Shown here piece after piece: positions 1-9,159 of a stretch of DNA of 64,000 bases. The stretch covers positions 40,887 through 104,886 of the forward strand of contig VGTJ01000001.1 of the NCBI GenBank assembly GCA_016874775.1. The letters run 5' to 3'. Both the position numbers and the translations under genes were made by a program. Under the pieces are notes generated by a model. The model was not told where the DNA came from and made no database searches. It worked only from the letters and a program-made list of their open reading frames with translations. Positions within the stretch are counted from its first letter, which is position 1; each line of letters starts with the position of its first letter. The DNA comes from Deltaproteobacteria bacterium. GTDB lineage: Bacteria > Desulfobacterota > Binatia > Bin18.

Positions 1-604
1 TCTCTCGTAGCTCTTCTTTGGTCACCTTCGGATGTTCGGCAGGCGTGTTAGTGGCGAAGAGCCACCAAGCGATCAACCAGACAACGCCAACGACGGCATT
101 AAAGTAAAACGCCATCGGCCACGAGAATGTAAGGACTAGCCAGGTTGTGAGCGGATATGAAATGACCTGACCAAGATACGAACCTGCGACACTTAACGTC
201 TGCGCGCGACTGTACTCATGACGCGGAATCCAGCGCGAATTGAGCGAGGCATAAGCTGGAAAACTGACCGACTCAAACGCGCCGACGAGAAAGCGGATCA
301 ATAACATCAAGCTGTAGGCGATGCCACCAAGTGGCGTCAGTGCCGTAAACAAAGAGAACCCGATACAAGCCACGATCAAGACACGACAGGCATTCCAACG
401 ATCGGCAATGATGCCGCCGGGGAATTGCAGCAGCGCGTAGCCAGCCAGAAAGGCAGAGAAGATGAGACCGAACTGCCCCTCGTTCCATCCGAGCGCTGGC
501 ATCATCACCGGCGCGGCTACGGAGATGTTCACGCGGTCGGCATAATTGATCATGCTGCCAAGTGTTAGCAGACCGATCATTTTGTATCGTACCGGCAATG
601 CCAT
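1..604 (-). CDS. MFS transporter (ACS/hexuronate-like family), 3' end runs off the window
   Basis: Minus-strand ATG at 604-602. Translation MALPVRYKMIGLLTLGSMINYADRVNISVAAPVMMPALGWNEGQFGLIFSAFLAGYALLQFPGGIIADRW... is a typical MFS N-terminal half. The gene is absent from the ORF track because it has no stop inside the window. The 273..629 track ORF is a different, spurious frame. Confidence 0.7.
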   Translation of the reverse strand, partial: MALPVRYKMIGLLTLGSMINYADRVNISVAAPVMMPALGWNEGQFGLIFSAFLAGYALLQFPGGIIADRWNACRVLIVACIGFSLFTALTPLGGIAYSLMLLIRFLVGAFESVSFPAYASLNSRWIPRHEYSRAQTLSVAGSYLGQVISYPLTTWLVLTFSWPMAFYFNAVVGVVWLIAWWLFATNTPAEHPKVTKEELRE

Positions 605-696
605 CGACCCTCCTTTTTTTCTGCGGCAAACCAGTCGGCGGGATTGTAGCGGGAGTACCGTTGATTCCGCAAGGCGCTGGGAAACACAGAGGCGAA

Positions 697-775
697 CCGG
701 GGAAACGGTGAATCGGGGAATCGGTGACAAGGAAGAAAAAGGTTTCTTTCCTCTCCGATTCTTTTTCTTCTCCGT
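697..775. repeat. intergenic repeat family, copy 1 (ggggaaacggtgaatcggggaatcggtgacaa...ctctccgattc)
   Basis: It lies in the divergent region between the MFS and EamA genes and shares the core with the copies near 4212 and 59729. Confidence 0.6.
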
Positions 776-818
776 GTCCCTCTGTAACCTGTACCTAATA
801 ACCTGTACCCTAGCCGCC

Positions 819-1250
819 ATGTTTTACGGAGAATCTTTGGCGCTTATGTCGGCGCTGTTGTGGGGGACGATTCCGATCTTGGTACGGAAAGGCTTACCAC
901 ATGCCAGTGCCTCCGTTGCTGTCGTGTTGGGATTGTTGGCGAGCGTGCCGCTGCTGATCGGTATTTTTTGCTTGCATCCGCGCTGGGTCACACAAGCAGT
1001 GACTCCTTCTGCGGCATTGTGGTTTGCAGCCTGTGGGATTACCGGCCCATGCTTGGGCCGGCTCTTCAATTACCTGGGGGTCGAGCGACTTGGGGCTGCA
1101 CGGGTAACCCCACTGATTAATGCCTCGCCCTTATTCACGACCATGTTGGCACTGGTGTTCTTACGTGAACATATTACGCTGAAAAGCGCTCTGGGCATTC
1201 TCTGCATTGTGGCTGGAATCGCCGTTTTAACCGGACAGAAACGCGCATGA
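819..1250 (+). CDS. DMT/EamA-family half-size transporter (single EamA domain)
   Basis: The internal ATG at 819 gives MFYGESLALMSALLWGTIPILVRKG..., with about 5 TM segments in an EamA-like pattern. The stop overlaps the next start (ATGA), which suggests translational coupling. Confidence 0.6.
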   Translation: MFYGESLALMSALLWGTIPILVRKGLPHASASVAVVLGLLASVPLLIGIFCLHPRWVTQAVTPSAALWFAACGITGPCLGRLFNYLGVERLGAARVTPLINASPLFTTMLALVFLREHITLKSALGILCIVAGIAVLTGQKRA

Positions 1251-1678
1251 ACCCGAAAGATCTTCTCTATCCATTTCTTGCGGCGCTGTGTTACAGCACC
1301 AATCCGATCATGGTGAAGTTGGGATTACGGAGTAGTAACGAGCCGTTACTTGGTGCAGCGATCGGCATGACGGCGAGTACGATTGTCTATCTCGCGTACT
1401 TTCTTGCTGCGGGAAGAACACGAGAGTTGTTCGCTGTGCCCCAGTGGGTGGGATGGTATTTTGCCGCGTCTGGTTTGTGCTCGACGCTTGGAGTGATGAG
1501 TTTCTTTGCCTCGTTGCAATACATTCCCGCTTCGGTTGTGGCACCGCTGACTGGTGCTGCACCGCTAGTGACTGTCACGTTAAGCCATTTCTGGCTCCGT
1601 GAAGTGGAACGCGTGACGTTCCACGACATTGTTGGAACCGTGTTGATCGTACTTGGCGTGGTGTTGCTGGTAGGGTGA
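1247..1678 (+). CDS. DMT/EamA-family half-size transporter (second half, separate ORF)
   Basis: MNPKDLLYPFLAALCYSTNPIMVKLGL... is a second EamA-like domain. The 4-bp overlap with the upstream half is consistent with a heterodimeric split DMT. Confidence 0.6.
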   Translation: MNPKDLLYPFLAALCYSTNPIMVKLGLRSSNEPLLGAAIGMTASTIVYLAYFLAAGRTRELFAVPQWVGWYFAASGLCSTLGVMSFFASLQYIPASVVAPLTGAAPLVTVTLSHFWLREVERVTFHDIVGTVLIVLGVVLLVG

Positions 1679-2103
1679 GGAAGGAAGCGCGAACTCAGTG
1701 TTCCCTCCGCGGTGATCGGTCCTTACTCCTGCTGGTTCTCTTGCCGCAACGGAGCGAGCATCGGTAGAAGGTGACGCAGCGTCTCACGCCCTTTGTTGGT
1801 CTTTGTTGACTTTTGTCCCAGGGAAGCTGCTTTCCCTTGACCACTCCTGAAGAGCAGCAGGTGCGCCTTTGCGTGTGCCGGTCACGGGAGACAGGTCCAA
1901 GTCCTCCGACCAATAGGAAGAGCCAGGCGAGGCAGAGGGAGAGGGGTTCTTTCATGTGTTTGCTTCCTCGCTGAGAGACTGACTGCTAGTACTAACTGTG
2001 TCAGAAAGATTTCTCAATGACTCTGACTCCGAGTTGGAAGACTCGCCCTGAAGATGTCGAGCGTCGTCTAAAAGCAGGTCATTGGGAGCGTAAGGTAGGC
2101 CCT

Positions 2104-2433
2104 TCATCGCTCTGGCTGAGGGTGCGATCGAGAGCCGCGCTGGCCTCTTTTCGACCAGAGGAGATACACGCCCAAAGTGAGGAAAGTCCAAAACATATCT
2201 GAGGCGCTGACCCCAGAGAGGAATAGTTGGGTTTTCCGGGCTGGGTGAGAGAGCAGTTGAGTGGCTGGGGGAACGGTGACCGCTTGAGCTTGGTTTGATG
2301 CAAGCGGAAGGGAAAGAGGAGAACCCAACGTTGGTGCTTGCAGGGCATGGCCACAGTACCCACAGACATGAACATGCCCATAATTTTGCTTGTGGCATTT
2401 CCCACAGGATTGCAAACTGAGGAGCCTGGACAT
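2104..2433 (-). CDS. possible small zinc-ribbon membrane protein (Cys4 ribbon, linker, one TM)
   Basis: The N-terminus SCGKCHKQNYGHVHVCGYCGHAL has CxxC-x12-CxxC spacing. A Pro/Ser-rich linker follows, then the hydrophobic segment MFWTFLTLGVYLLW and a basic tail. The locus has no stop codons in any minus frame, so coding status is uncertain. Confidence 0.3.
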   Translation of the reverse strand: MSRLLSLQSCGKCHKQNYGHVHVCGYCGHALQAPTLGSPLSLPLASNQAQAVTVPPATQLLSHPARKTQLFLSGVSASDMFWTFLTLGVYLLWSKRGQRGSRSHPQPER

Positions 2434-2547
2434 TGAGGGACCCTTTCTTGAGTTGGCGTGATGCTATGCTGTGCGGCAACCAGCACAACGCATGCCAGGC
2501 GTAGCACCCGTAGGATCACTCACAATGAGGGGAGAATGTCGTCGATA

Positions 2548-2577
2548 GTTGACAGTACGTGTCAACAGCAGTTGACA
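2548..2577. promoter_or_regulatory. operator-like site: GTTGACA-N5-TGTCAAC-N4-GTTGACA
   Basis: Read directly from the sequence: gttgacagtacgtgtcaacagcagttgacac. The arrangement is a 7-bp inverted repeat plus a third half-site, about 115-145 nt upstream of the putative zinc-ribbon ORF on the minus strand. Confidence 0.4.
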
Positions 2578-2751
2578 CTTGCTGGGTATGCTGCGAAGTC
2601 ACGGGAAGTGCTGGTGTCGTGTCTTTTCCGTCAAGGTACTTGAGAGTTCCTCGTAGCGATGTGCAGTGCTCCTCGCGCATGATAAACCGCACCGCACCGA
2701 TGGAGTCGAACACGGGGAAAAAACGTAGGCCGGGATAAGCTGTGGGCTGTT

Positions 2752-2790
2752 TCCGGTACGAGCGCGCCGGAAACGCCGCGCGTATTCCGG
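2752..2790. repeat. double-hairpin repeat gtttccgg...ccggaaacgccgcgcgtattccgg (related copy at 18893-18925)
   Basis: It lies directly after the amidase stop. The second copy reads gcgccggaaacgctttgcttattccgg. Confidence 0.4.
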
Positions 2791-2836
2791 TCGACAGTGA
2801 CGATTGTCATAGGTTCAAATGAGCGTTGCTGGATGT

Positions 2837-4189
2837 TCAGGCGACGGGTGGTGCCTGGCGGAAATCCAGTACGCTCTCACACCATTGCCCGATGGCTAAC
2901 AAGCGTTCTTCGGTAAACGCACCACTCATGAGTTGAACGCTGAATGGCAAGCCATTAGCACTGACACCAGAGGGCAAACCAAGACTTGGAATGCCACTGA
3001 AACTTGCCGGACCGTTGAAGGTCGGATCGCCGGTCGCACCCAGGCCGTGCGGCGCAGGGGCTGGAGTAGAGGGAGTCAGCAGCGCATCGACCCTCTGGCA
3101 CAGAGCGTTCATCTCGTGGCGAAACTGTTGCTGATGACGACGGATTTCGATGCATTGAGTCGCGGTTATGGTACGGCCTTTTTCGATCAGGTCCTGCATC
3201 TGCTGGCTGTAGCGCGCTTTGTGTTGTGTATATCGCTCTCGGTGGGAGACCGCGGTCTCGACTTGCAGCATGGCAAAATGCGCATCGAGTTCACCGGCAA
3301 AACTCGGTGGCATTTGCACTTCTTCGATCGTCGCCCCAGCACGAGCAAACCGTTCGGCCATCGCTTCAACATGCTTGCGGGTTTCCTCATTTGCCTTTTC
3401 GAGGAAGAAGTCGCGCACGAGACCAAGCCGAGGAGCTTTGGGGGCACGTAGGCCGTTCGTGTAGCTGGGCACCGGCACCTTCTCAGTCGCTGGGTCGAGG
3501 GGATCATACCCTGCCAATACTTGTAGCAGCAAGGCAATGTCACTGACAGTGCGAGCAAACAACCCGACGTGATCGAGGCTCCAGGAGAGCGCGAAGAGTC
3601 CATGGGCGCTGACGCGCCCATATGTTGGTTTCAAACCGACGCAGCCACAATAGGCTGCCGGTCGAATCGTCGAGCCATACGTTTGCGATCCCAGCGTTCC
3701 TGGGCACATCATCGCGGCTACCGCTGCAGCTGAACCACTACTTGAACCACCGGGCGTGTGTTCGAGGTTCCATGGATTGCGCGTCGGCGAAGGCGCAAGC
3801 GCAGCAAACTCCGTTGTCTGAGCTTTGCCAAGGATGATCGCACCGGCCTCTTTCAGCAATCGTACAGTAGTTGCATCGTGGTCCGGGATAAAATTCGCGT
3901 AGATTGGTGACCCCGCTGTTGTCTTCAATCCTGCCGTATAGAAGATGTCCTTGAGACCGATGGGAATGCCGTGCAGCGGACCACGATACTGCCCGCGTTG
4001 GGCTTCTTCCTCCCGCAGTCGGGCGGTTGCCAGTGCAACCTCGCGATTGACCGTCACCCACGCTTGTACCCGTGGTTCGAGGTGGTCGATCCGTTCAAGG
4101 CATGAGCGGACAAGGTCGACCGGGGAAAGCTGTTTGTTACGGATTTGCTCAGTCGCAGCGGTGATAGTCAACGTGTACAGTGCTGTCAT
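2837..4189 (-). CDS. amidase (amidase-signature family, GatA-like)
   Basis: 450 aa with the GGSSSGSAAAVAAMM amidase signature and a conserved Ser-cisSer-Lys core context. Confidence 0.9.
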   Translation of the reverse strand: MTALYTLTITAATEQIRNKQLSPVDLVRSCLERIDHLEPRVQAWVTVNREVALATARLREEEAQRGQYRGPLHGIPIGLKDIFYTAGLKTTAGSPIYANFIPDHDATTVRLLKEAGAIILGKAQTTEFAALAPSPTRNPWNLEHTPGGSSSGSAAAVAAMMCPGTLGSQTYGSTIRPAAYCGCVGLKPTYGRVSAHGLFALSWSLDHVGLFARTVSDIALLLQVLAGYDPLDPATEKVPVPSYTNGLRAPKAPRLGLVRDFFLEKANEETRKHVEAMAERFARAGATIEEVQMPPSFAGELDAHFAMLQVETAVSHRERYTQHKARYSQQMQDLIEKGRTITATQCIEIRRHQQQFRHEMNALCQRVDALLTPSTPAPAPHGLGATGDPTFNGPASFSGIPSLGLPSGVSANGLPFSVQLMSGAFTEERLLAIGQWCESVLDFRQAPPVA

Positions 4190-4211
4190 GAGAAACCTCA
4201 GTGCATTTGGG

Positions 4212-4288
4212 GCAGAATCGGAGAAACGGGGAATCGGAGAAGCGGAGAATAAAAAAGGTGGGGCGGTCTCCGGTTCTCCGACTCCCCA
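4212..4288. repeat. intergenic repeat family, copy 2 (cagaatcggagaaacggggaatcggagaagcggagaat...ggttctccgactcccc)
   Basis: It lies between the VOC gene and the amidase start. Confidence 0.55.
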
Positions 4289-4299
4289 TTTCAGTGTGC

Positions 4300-4755
4300 T
4301 TACTCGACCAGTTCATCTAACTGCACCAAAATCCCATCCGGATCGACCACGAAGGCACTATTGAAGTTACCATCCGGAGTTTTCGTCACTGATGGTGGGA
4401 CGACAAACTCCACGCCCTTAGCTTTAAGTTCGTCGTAGACTTTGGGCAGATTCTCAACCCAGAAGGCAAAGTGATGAATACCAATCTGATCAAGTTTGAT
4501 CGGTTCGCCACTGACAGGTTTATCGTTGTGCTCAGAGAGTACTAAGAACGCTTCGTCTCTGCCGCGTTTCCAATAGAGTGTCGCGACGCGCCGCTCTTCA
4601 TGACTGTCCTTATACACGGCAGGCAGCACGGTGCCTTTGGTTTTTTGCACTTCATCACGTACGACCTGAAAGCCAAGCTTATCGCGATAGAAGGCGAGTG
4701 ACTTATCCATGTTGCGAACGCCGATGGCAATGTGAGAAACACCTTTGGTTACCAT
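4300..4755 (-). CDS. VOC-family (glyoxalase/bleomycin-resistance/dioxygenase fold) protein
   Basis: VSHIAIGVRNMDKSLAFYRDKLGF... is a VOC domain. The start is placed at the internal ATG at 4755, which has an AAGGAGGG Shine-Dalgarno. The upstream ATG at 4788 has none. Confidence 0.8.
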   Translation of the reverse strand: MVTKGVSHIAIGVRNMDKSLAFYRDKLGFQVVRDEVQKTKGTVLPAVYKDSHEERRVATLYWKRGRDEAFLVLSEHNDKPVSGEPIKLDQIGIHHFAFWVENLPKVYDELKAKGVEFVVPPSVTKTPDGNFNSAFVVDPDGILVQLDELVE

Positions 4756-4778
4756 AATGAGCCCTCCTTCTTTGTAAG

Positions 4779-4905
4779 CGGTCAGCAATTAGCGTTCAGC
4801 TATCAGCTTTTTAGAAAACTATCAGCCTTCAGCTGTCAGCCTCCAGCTGAAACTTCTATTCTATCTTTGCTGGCTGACCGCTGGGCGCTGATAGCTGATA
4901 GCTTC
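4779..4905. repeat. second intergenic repeat family (gttcagctatcagc...cagctgaaa...gctgatagctgatagc), copy 1
   Basis: The terminal inverted repeats are agctatcagc/gctgatagct. A related copy occurs at 48543-48705. Confidence 0.55.
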
Positions 4906-4917
4906 TATCCTTTGTCA

Positions 4918-6240
4918 CTAATGTCGTGCGGCTGCAACCGCTGGGTTGTCAATGATCGCTTGGTTGGCGGCTTTGCCTTGTTTACTTTGGTGTTCGTAGC
5001 CTAACACGGGGATGAGGACTAACCCACCGATAACTTCACCAATACCGAGCGCAACGAAGCCCCAAAAGAACGTGCCACTTTGGTCGTACAAATAACCCAA
5101 CAACAGCGGGCCCATAACGCCACCAAGCCCACCAGCTAAGCCCCCGACGATACCGATTGCCGTGCCGAACACGTGGCCCGGAATGAGATCAAAGACCAGC
5201 ACGACGAAGCCATTTACTGCCGCGGCGTTGAGAAACAAGGCGAGGCTCATGAACGTAATGGTCGCAGTGGCGCTTTCACTCATTCCCATGGCGACGAGGG
5301 CAGGTAAGGTGAACACTGCCGCCACCAGAGAAACGAAGCTGCGACGATAGCCACGGTCACCAAGACCACCAGCGACGTACATCCCCGCGAACGCTGCCAG
5401 GTATGGAATGATGAGATAAATCCCACTCTTCATAATGGTGAAGCCACGTTCTTTGACCAGATACCCTGGGAACCAACTCATCGCCGTGAAGTAGACGCCA
5501 ACACCAAAGAAGGCAGAAATCGTCAGTAACCAAAATGCCGGGATTCCTGAGAGGATTGTCATCCGTTCGCGAAACGACAGCGAAGCAGCAGTATCACCGT
5601 GCGCATTGGCAGTAGCTGGTTCTGATGCGAATGCCTCTCGCACTTCCGCTTTCTCACTTTCTGAGACCCAGGGATGTTCAAGCGGAGTATCGCGCATGAC
5701 GACGGCAAACAGCACCATGACGCCGAGTGTCATAATGCCGACGATGACAAACATCATCCGCCAGTCCCACAAGTTGATGATCCAACCGACCAGTGGCATG
5801 CCGAACGCCACACCAAGATAGGCAAAACCGATGAAGATGCCGTAGGCGCGACCGCGCTCGGCGGGTAATAACCAGTTGTTTTGTAGTTTGTGATTGATGT
5901 TGACCGTGACGCCTTCGGTCAGGCCAAAGAGCAAGCGCACGACGGCAAACTGCCACAATGTCGAGCATGCTCCCGTGAGTGCAGTGAGAACGCTCCAGCC
6001 CAGAATCATCCAGGACGCGAAGTTGCGTAAGGGAATCCGATCGGAGACAAGACCACCAAAAAAATGGCCAAACAGAAACCCCCAGTAGTAGATGCTCAGA
6101 ATAACGCCTGTCTGCATGCCATCGAACTTCAGCTCGTCCATGATCCGCGGCGCGGCTAAGGAGATATTGACGCGGTCAAGCACGAGGAAGAATGAAACCA
6201 CCCATAAGACGCTAATGACGAGCAACCGCGTACCATGCAT
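4918..6240 (-). CDS. MFS transporter (ACS family)
   Basis: 440 aa with 12 predicted TM segments. LVLDRVNISLAAPRIMDELKF...GFLFGHFFGGLVSDR is typical of the MFS ACS family. Confidence 0.85.
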   Translation of the reverse strand: MHGTRLLVISVLWVVSFFLVLDRVNISLAAPRIMDELKFDGMQTGVILSIYYWGFLFGHFFGGLVSDRIPLRNFASWMILGWSVLTALTGACSTLWQFAVVRLLFGLTEGVTVNINHKLQNNWLLPAERGRAYGIFIGFAYLGVAFGMPLVGWIINLWDWRMMFVIVGIMTLGVMVLFAVVMRDTPLEHPWVSESEKAEVREAFASEPATANAHGDTAASLSFRERMTILSGIPAFWLLTISAFFGVGVYFTAMSWFPGYLVKERGFTIMKSGIYLIIPYLAAFAGMYVAGGLGDRGYRRSFVSLVAAVFTLPALVAMGMSESATATITFMSLALFLNAAAVNGFVVLVFDLIPGHVFGTAIGIVGGLAGGLGGVMGPLLLGYLYDQSGTFFWGFVALGIGEVIGGLVLIPVLGYEHQSKQGKAANQAIIDNPAVAAARH

Positions 6241-6445
6241 GGAGACCCCTCCTTAGTTAGGCTCACGTTCGGATGGCAAACTGGCAGGCGCACTCTAGCG
6301 AGGTGTATTCTGCTTGACAACGGTGTAGGGTGGGAACGTAGAACGTGGTGCGTGGTACGTGAAAGCTTGGGCCGAGAGGCTAGGGGCTCGGGGCTTGTTT
6401 TCACGCACCACGTAACACGCAACATCTGCAATTAAGGAATAAACT

Positions 6446-8236
6446 ATGACCACCACCGGATTCAAAGCTGAAGGCATTCAATGGAACTTAGGGGAACTTT
6501 ACACCAGCCCAGATGATCCACGTATCGAAGCTGATCTTACCGAAGCACGGCGACAAGCCGAAGCATTCGCGCAAAAGTACCGCGGCAAGCTGGCTGATAA
6601 ACAACTTGATGGCGTAGCGCTGGCGCAAGCATTGCGAGAATATGAAGCGCTGGCTGAAGTCGAACACCGTCCATCGTTCTATGCCAATCTGTTTTTTGCC
6701 GCGGATACGCAAAATCCTAAGGCGCAGCAGCTGGTGCAACGCACTCGCGAAGCCGCCACGGAAACCAGCAACCTGCTCATCTTTTTCTCGCTCGAGGTGA
6801 TCGCTCTCGATGATGAATATGTCGCTCAGCTTGTTGCTGCACCAGCAATGGCGGACTATCTGCACTACGTTGAAGCTTTACGGCGGTTTAAGCCACATAC
6901 GTTGAGTGAGAAAGAAGAGCAGGCGATCAATCAGAAAAATCTCACCGGACGTCACGCCTTTGAACAACTCTATGAAGAACTGACTGGTTCACTGCGGTTC
7001 AAACTGCGGGTCGATGGTGAAGAGAAAGACTTGACCGACGGTGAAGTGATGGCGTTATTACGATCTCCGGACCGAGAGCTGCGCGAACGTGCGTTTACCA
7101 CGTTTCTCGATACCCATGCTCAGCATTCACTGGTCATCACGTCGGTGTTCAACAATATTTTTCTGGACCACAAAGTTGATTGTGAGATGCGGCAGTATGA
7201 TGATGTCGTGCTGCCGACACACCTCTCCAATGAGATTGCGCCGCAGACAGTGGAAGCGATGATGCAAGCGGTCGAACGCCATTATCCACTGGCGCAAGAA
7301 TATTTCCGTATCAAGGCACGCTTGCTTGGGCTCGATACACTCAAGAACACCGATGTGTATGCACCAATTGAGGCGAACGAAGAGAAGCTGACGTTTGCCC
7401 AAGCACAAGAAATGATTCTGACGGCGTTTGGGAAATTCAGCGAGCCGTTTGCAGCCATTGCCAATGACTTTTTCAGTAAACGCTGGATCGATGCCGAAGT
7501 GCGGCCTGGGAAGCGGGGAGGGGCGTTCTGCGCGGCCTTTACCCCTCAACATCATCCGTATGTGTTGTGTAGCTTCAACGGCACTGGTCGTGATGTGTCA
7601 ACCATCGCGCATGAATTAGGTCATGGCATCCATTATTCTCTGGCGCGCAAGCAACGCTTGGTGAATTACGATGCGCCATTGGTACTGGCCGAAACCGCCT
7701 CTGTGTTTGCTGAGATCGTACTTACTAAACACTTGTTAGCTGAAACGTCCAGTAAAGAAGCCAAACGTGCAATCCTGTGTGAGTTACTGGAAGAAATGTA
7801 CGGCACGGTTTTCCGCCAGACCGCGTTGACCCGTTTTGAGATGGCTGGACATCACCAACGTCGCTCAGGGCAACTGACCGCAGACGATATTTGTGAGTTA
7901 TGGTTACAAGAGCAACGCAAAGTATTTGGCGATGGCATTGAACTGATTCCCGCCTATCGTTGGGGATGGACGTATATCTCGCATTTCATTCACAGCCGGT
8001 TCTATTGTTACTCGTACTCGTTTGGTGAGTTGCTGACCTTGGCATTGTTCCAACGTTACCTTGAGGAAGGTGAGTCATTCGTTCCAGGCTACATGCAACT
8101 GCTTGAAAGTGGCGGTTCGCAACGACCTGAAGTCGCACTGGGGAAACTTGGCATCGACATCAACCAGCCCGAGTTCTGGGATCGTGGGTTTAGCGTGGTT
8201 GAGGGGTTTCTAGGAGATTTGCGGGCAACGCTCTGA
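6446..8236 (+). CDS. pepF: M3-family oligoendopeptidase (PepF-like)
   Basis: 596 aa with the HELGHGIHY zinc-binding HExxH motif and M3B architecture. Confidence 0.9.
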   Translation: MTTTGFKAEGIQWNLGELYTSPDDPRIEADLTEARRQAEAFAQKYRGKLADKQLDGVALAQALREYEALAEVEHRPSFYANLFFAADTQNPKAQQLVQRTREAATETSNLLIFFSLEVIALDDEYVAQLVAAPAMADYLHYVEALRRFKPHTLSEKEEQAINQKNLTGRHAFEQLYEELTGSLRFKLRVDGEEKDLTDGEVMALLRSPDRELRERAFTTFLDTHAQHSLVITSVFNNIFLDHKVDCEMRQYDDVVLPTHLSNEIAPQTVEAMMQAVERHYPLAQEYFRIKARLLGLDTLKNTDVYAPIEANEEKLTFAQAQEMILTAFGKFSEPFAAIANDFFSKRWIDAEVRPGKRGGAFCAAFTPQHHPYVLCSFNGTGRDVSTIAHELGHGIHYSLARKQRLVNYDAPLVLAETASVFAEIVLTKHLLAETSSKEAKRAILCELLEEMYGTVFRQTALTRFEMAGHHQRRSGQLTADDICELWLQEQRKVFGDGIELIPAYRWGWTYISHFIHSRFYCYSYSFGELLTLALFQRYLEEGESFVPGYMQLLESGGSQRPEVALGKLGIDINQPEFWDRGFSVVEGFLGDLRATL

Positions 8237-8275
8237 CAACAGTAGTCAGTCTTTAATTCAATTAAAGGAGACCCT

Positions 8276-9088
8276 ATGGCTGAACCAGCCCTGTTGTATG
8301 AAAAACGTGATGGCATCGCCTATCTCACCATCAATCGCCCTGACAAACGTAACTCGTTTAGCCCGGAAGTGCTGTGCCGCATGGCCGACGCCTGGCAAGA
8401 TTATGCGGCGGATGACTCACTGCGTGTGGCCATCATTACCGGCGCGGGTGATCTTGCCTTCAGTGCAGGTGCGGATTTGGGTCGACTGACGCCATTAACC
8501 TCCGGCGCACGTAAGCCGGAAGATGAATGGGATCACCGGTTGTTGGCCCATCCTGAACTCGGTCAGCAGGCAACCTTGCGCGGTATGGCGATGTATAAGC
8601 CGGTCATTGCGGCGATCAATGGTTTTTGTTTGGCCGGTGGCTGTGAGTTGATTCAAGCGACGGATATTCGTATCGCCGCTGAGAAGGCAACCTTTGCCTT
8701 GACCGAAGTGAAGTGGTCACTCATGCCGTTTGCTGGTTCGATGACACGACTGCCACGACAAATTCCCTACTGCAAAGCCATGGAAATCATGCTGGTGGGC
8801 GATACCTTCGATGCGCAAGAAGCGTATCGCATCGGTCTGGTGAATTACGTCCTGCCAGCGAATCAGGTGATGGCAAAAGCCGAAGAATTGGCCCGCAAGA
8901 TTACTGAGAACGGCCCACTCGCAGTGCGCAGAATTAAACAGGTCGTGCTCAATGCCCTCGGTCTACCGCTCGACGAAGGGTTCAAGCTCGAAAATGCCGC
9001 AGCGAAAGAGATCTTAGCGACGGACGACGCAAAAGAAGGTCCTCGGGCATTCATGGAAAAGCGAAAGCCGAAGTACACGGGGAAGTAG
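8276..9088 (+). CDS. enoyl-CoA hydratase/isomerase (crotonase family)
   Basis: 270 aa. ITGAGDLAFSAGADL and a later FCLAGGCEL motif form the crotonase oxyanion-hole pattern. Confidence 0.9.
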   Translation: MAEPALLYEKRDGIAYLTINRPDKRNSFSPEVLCRMADAWQDYAADDSLRVAIITGAGDLAFSAGADLGRLTPLTSGARKPEDEWDHRLLAHPELGQQATLRGMAMYKPVIAAINGFCLAGGCELIQATDIRIAAEKATFALTEVKWSLMPFAGSMTRLPRQIPYCKAMEIMLVGDTFDAQEAYRIGLVNYVLPANQVMAKAEELARKITENGPLAVRRIKQVVLNALGLPLDEGFKLENAAAKEILATDDAKEGPRAFMEKRKPKYTGK

Positions 9089-9159
9089 GACTCCTCAGTC
9101 AGAAAATGTTGAGCAGGCATATAGGAATCCTCAATGAAATGGCAACAAGCAAATACAGA

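Noticed and set aside
273-629. 118-aa minus ORF from the track
   Set aside because: It is the wrong frame. The real gene here is the MFS transporter in another frame, with its start at 604.
2160-2420. RNase P RNA, suggested by gaggaaagtcc and gcaagcggaaggg
   Set aside because: The P4 partner strand and the GGUGAAA and ACAGAAnCCGGCUUA signatures are absent. The similarity is confined to an 11-mer.
2690-2725. tRNA/tmRNA T-loop-like gttcgactcc on the minus strand
   Set aside because: The flanking sequence cannot form a T-stem or acceptor stem, and no cloverleaf could be assembled.
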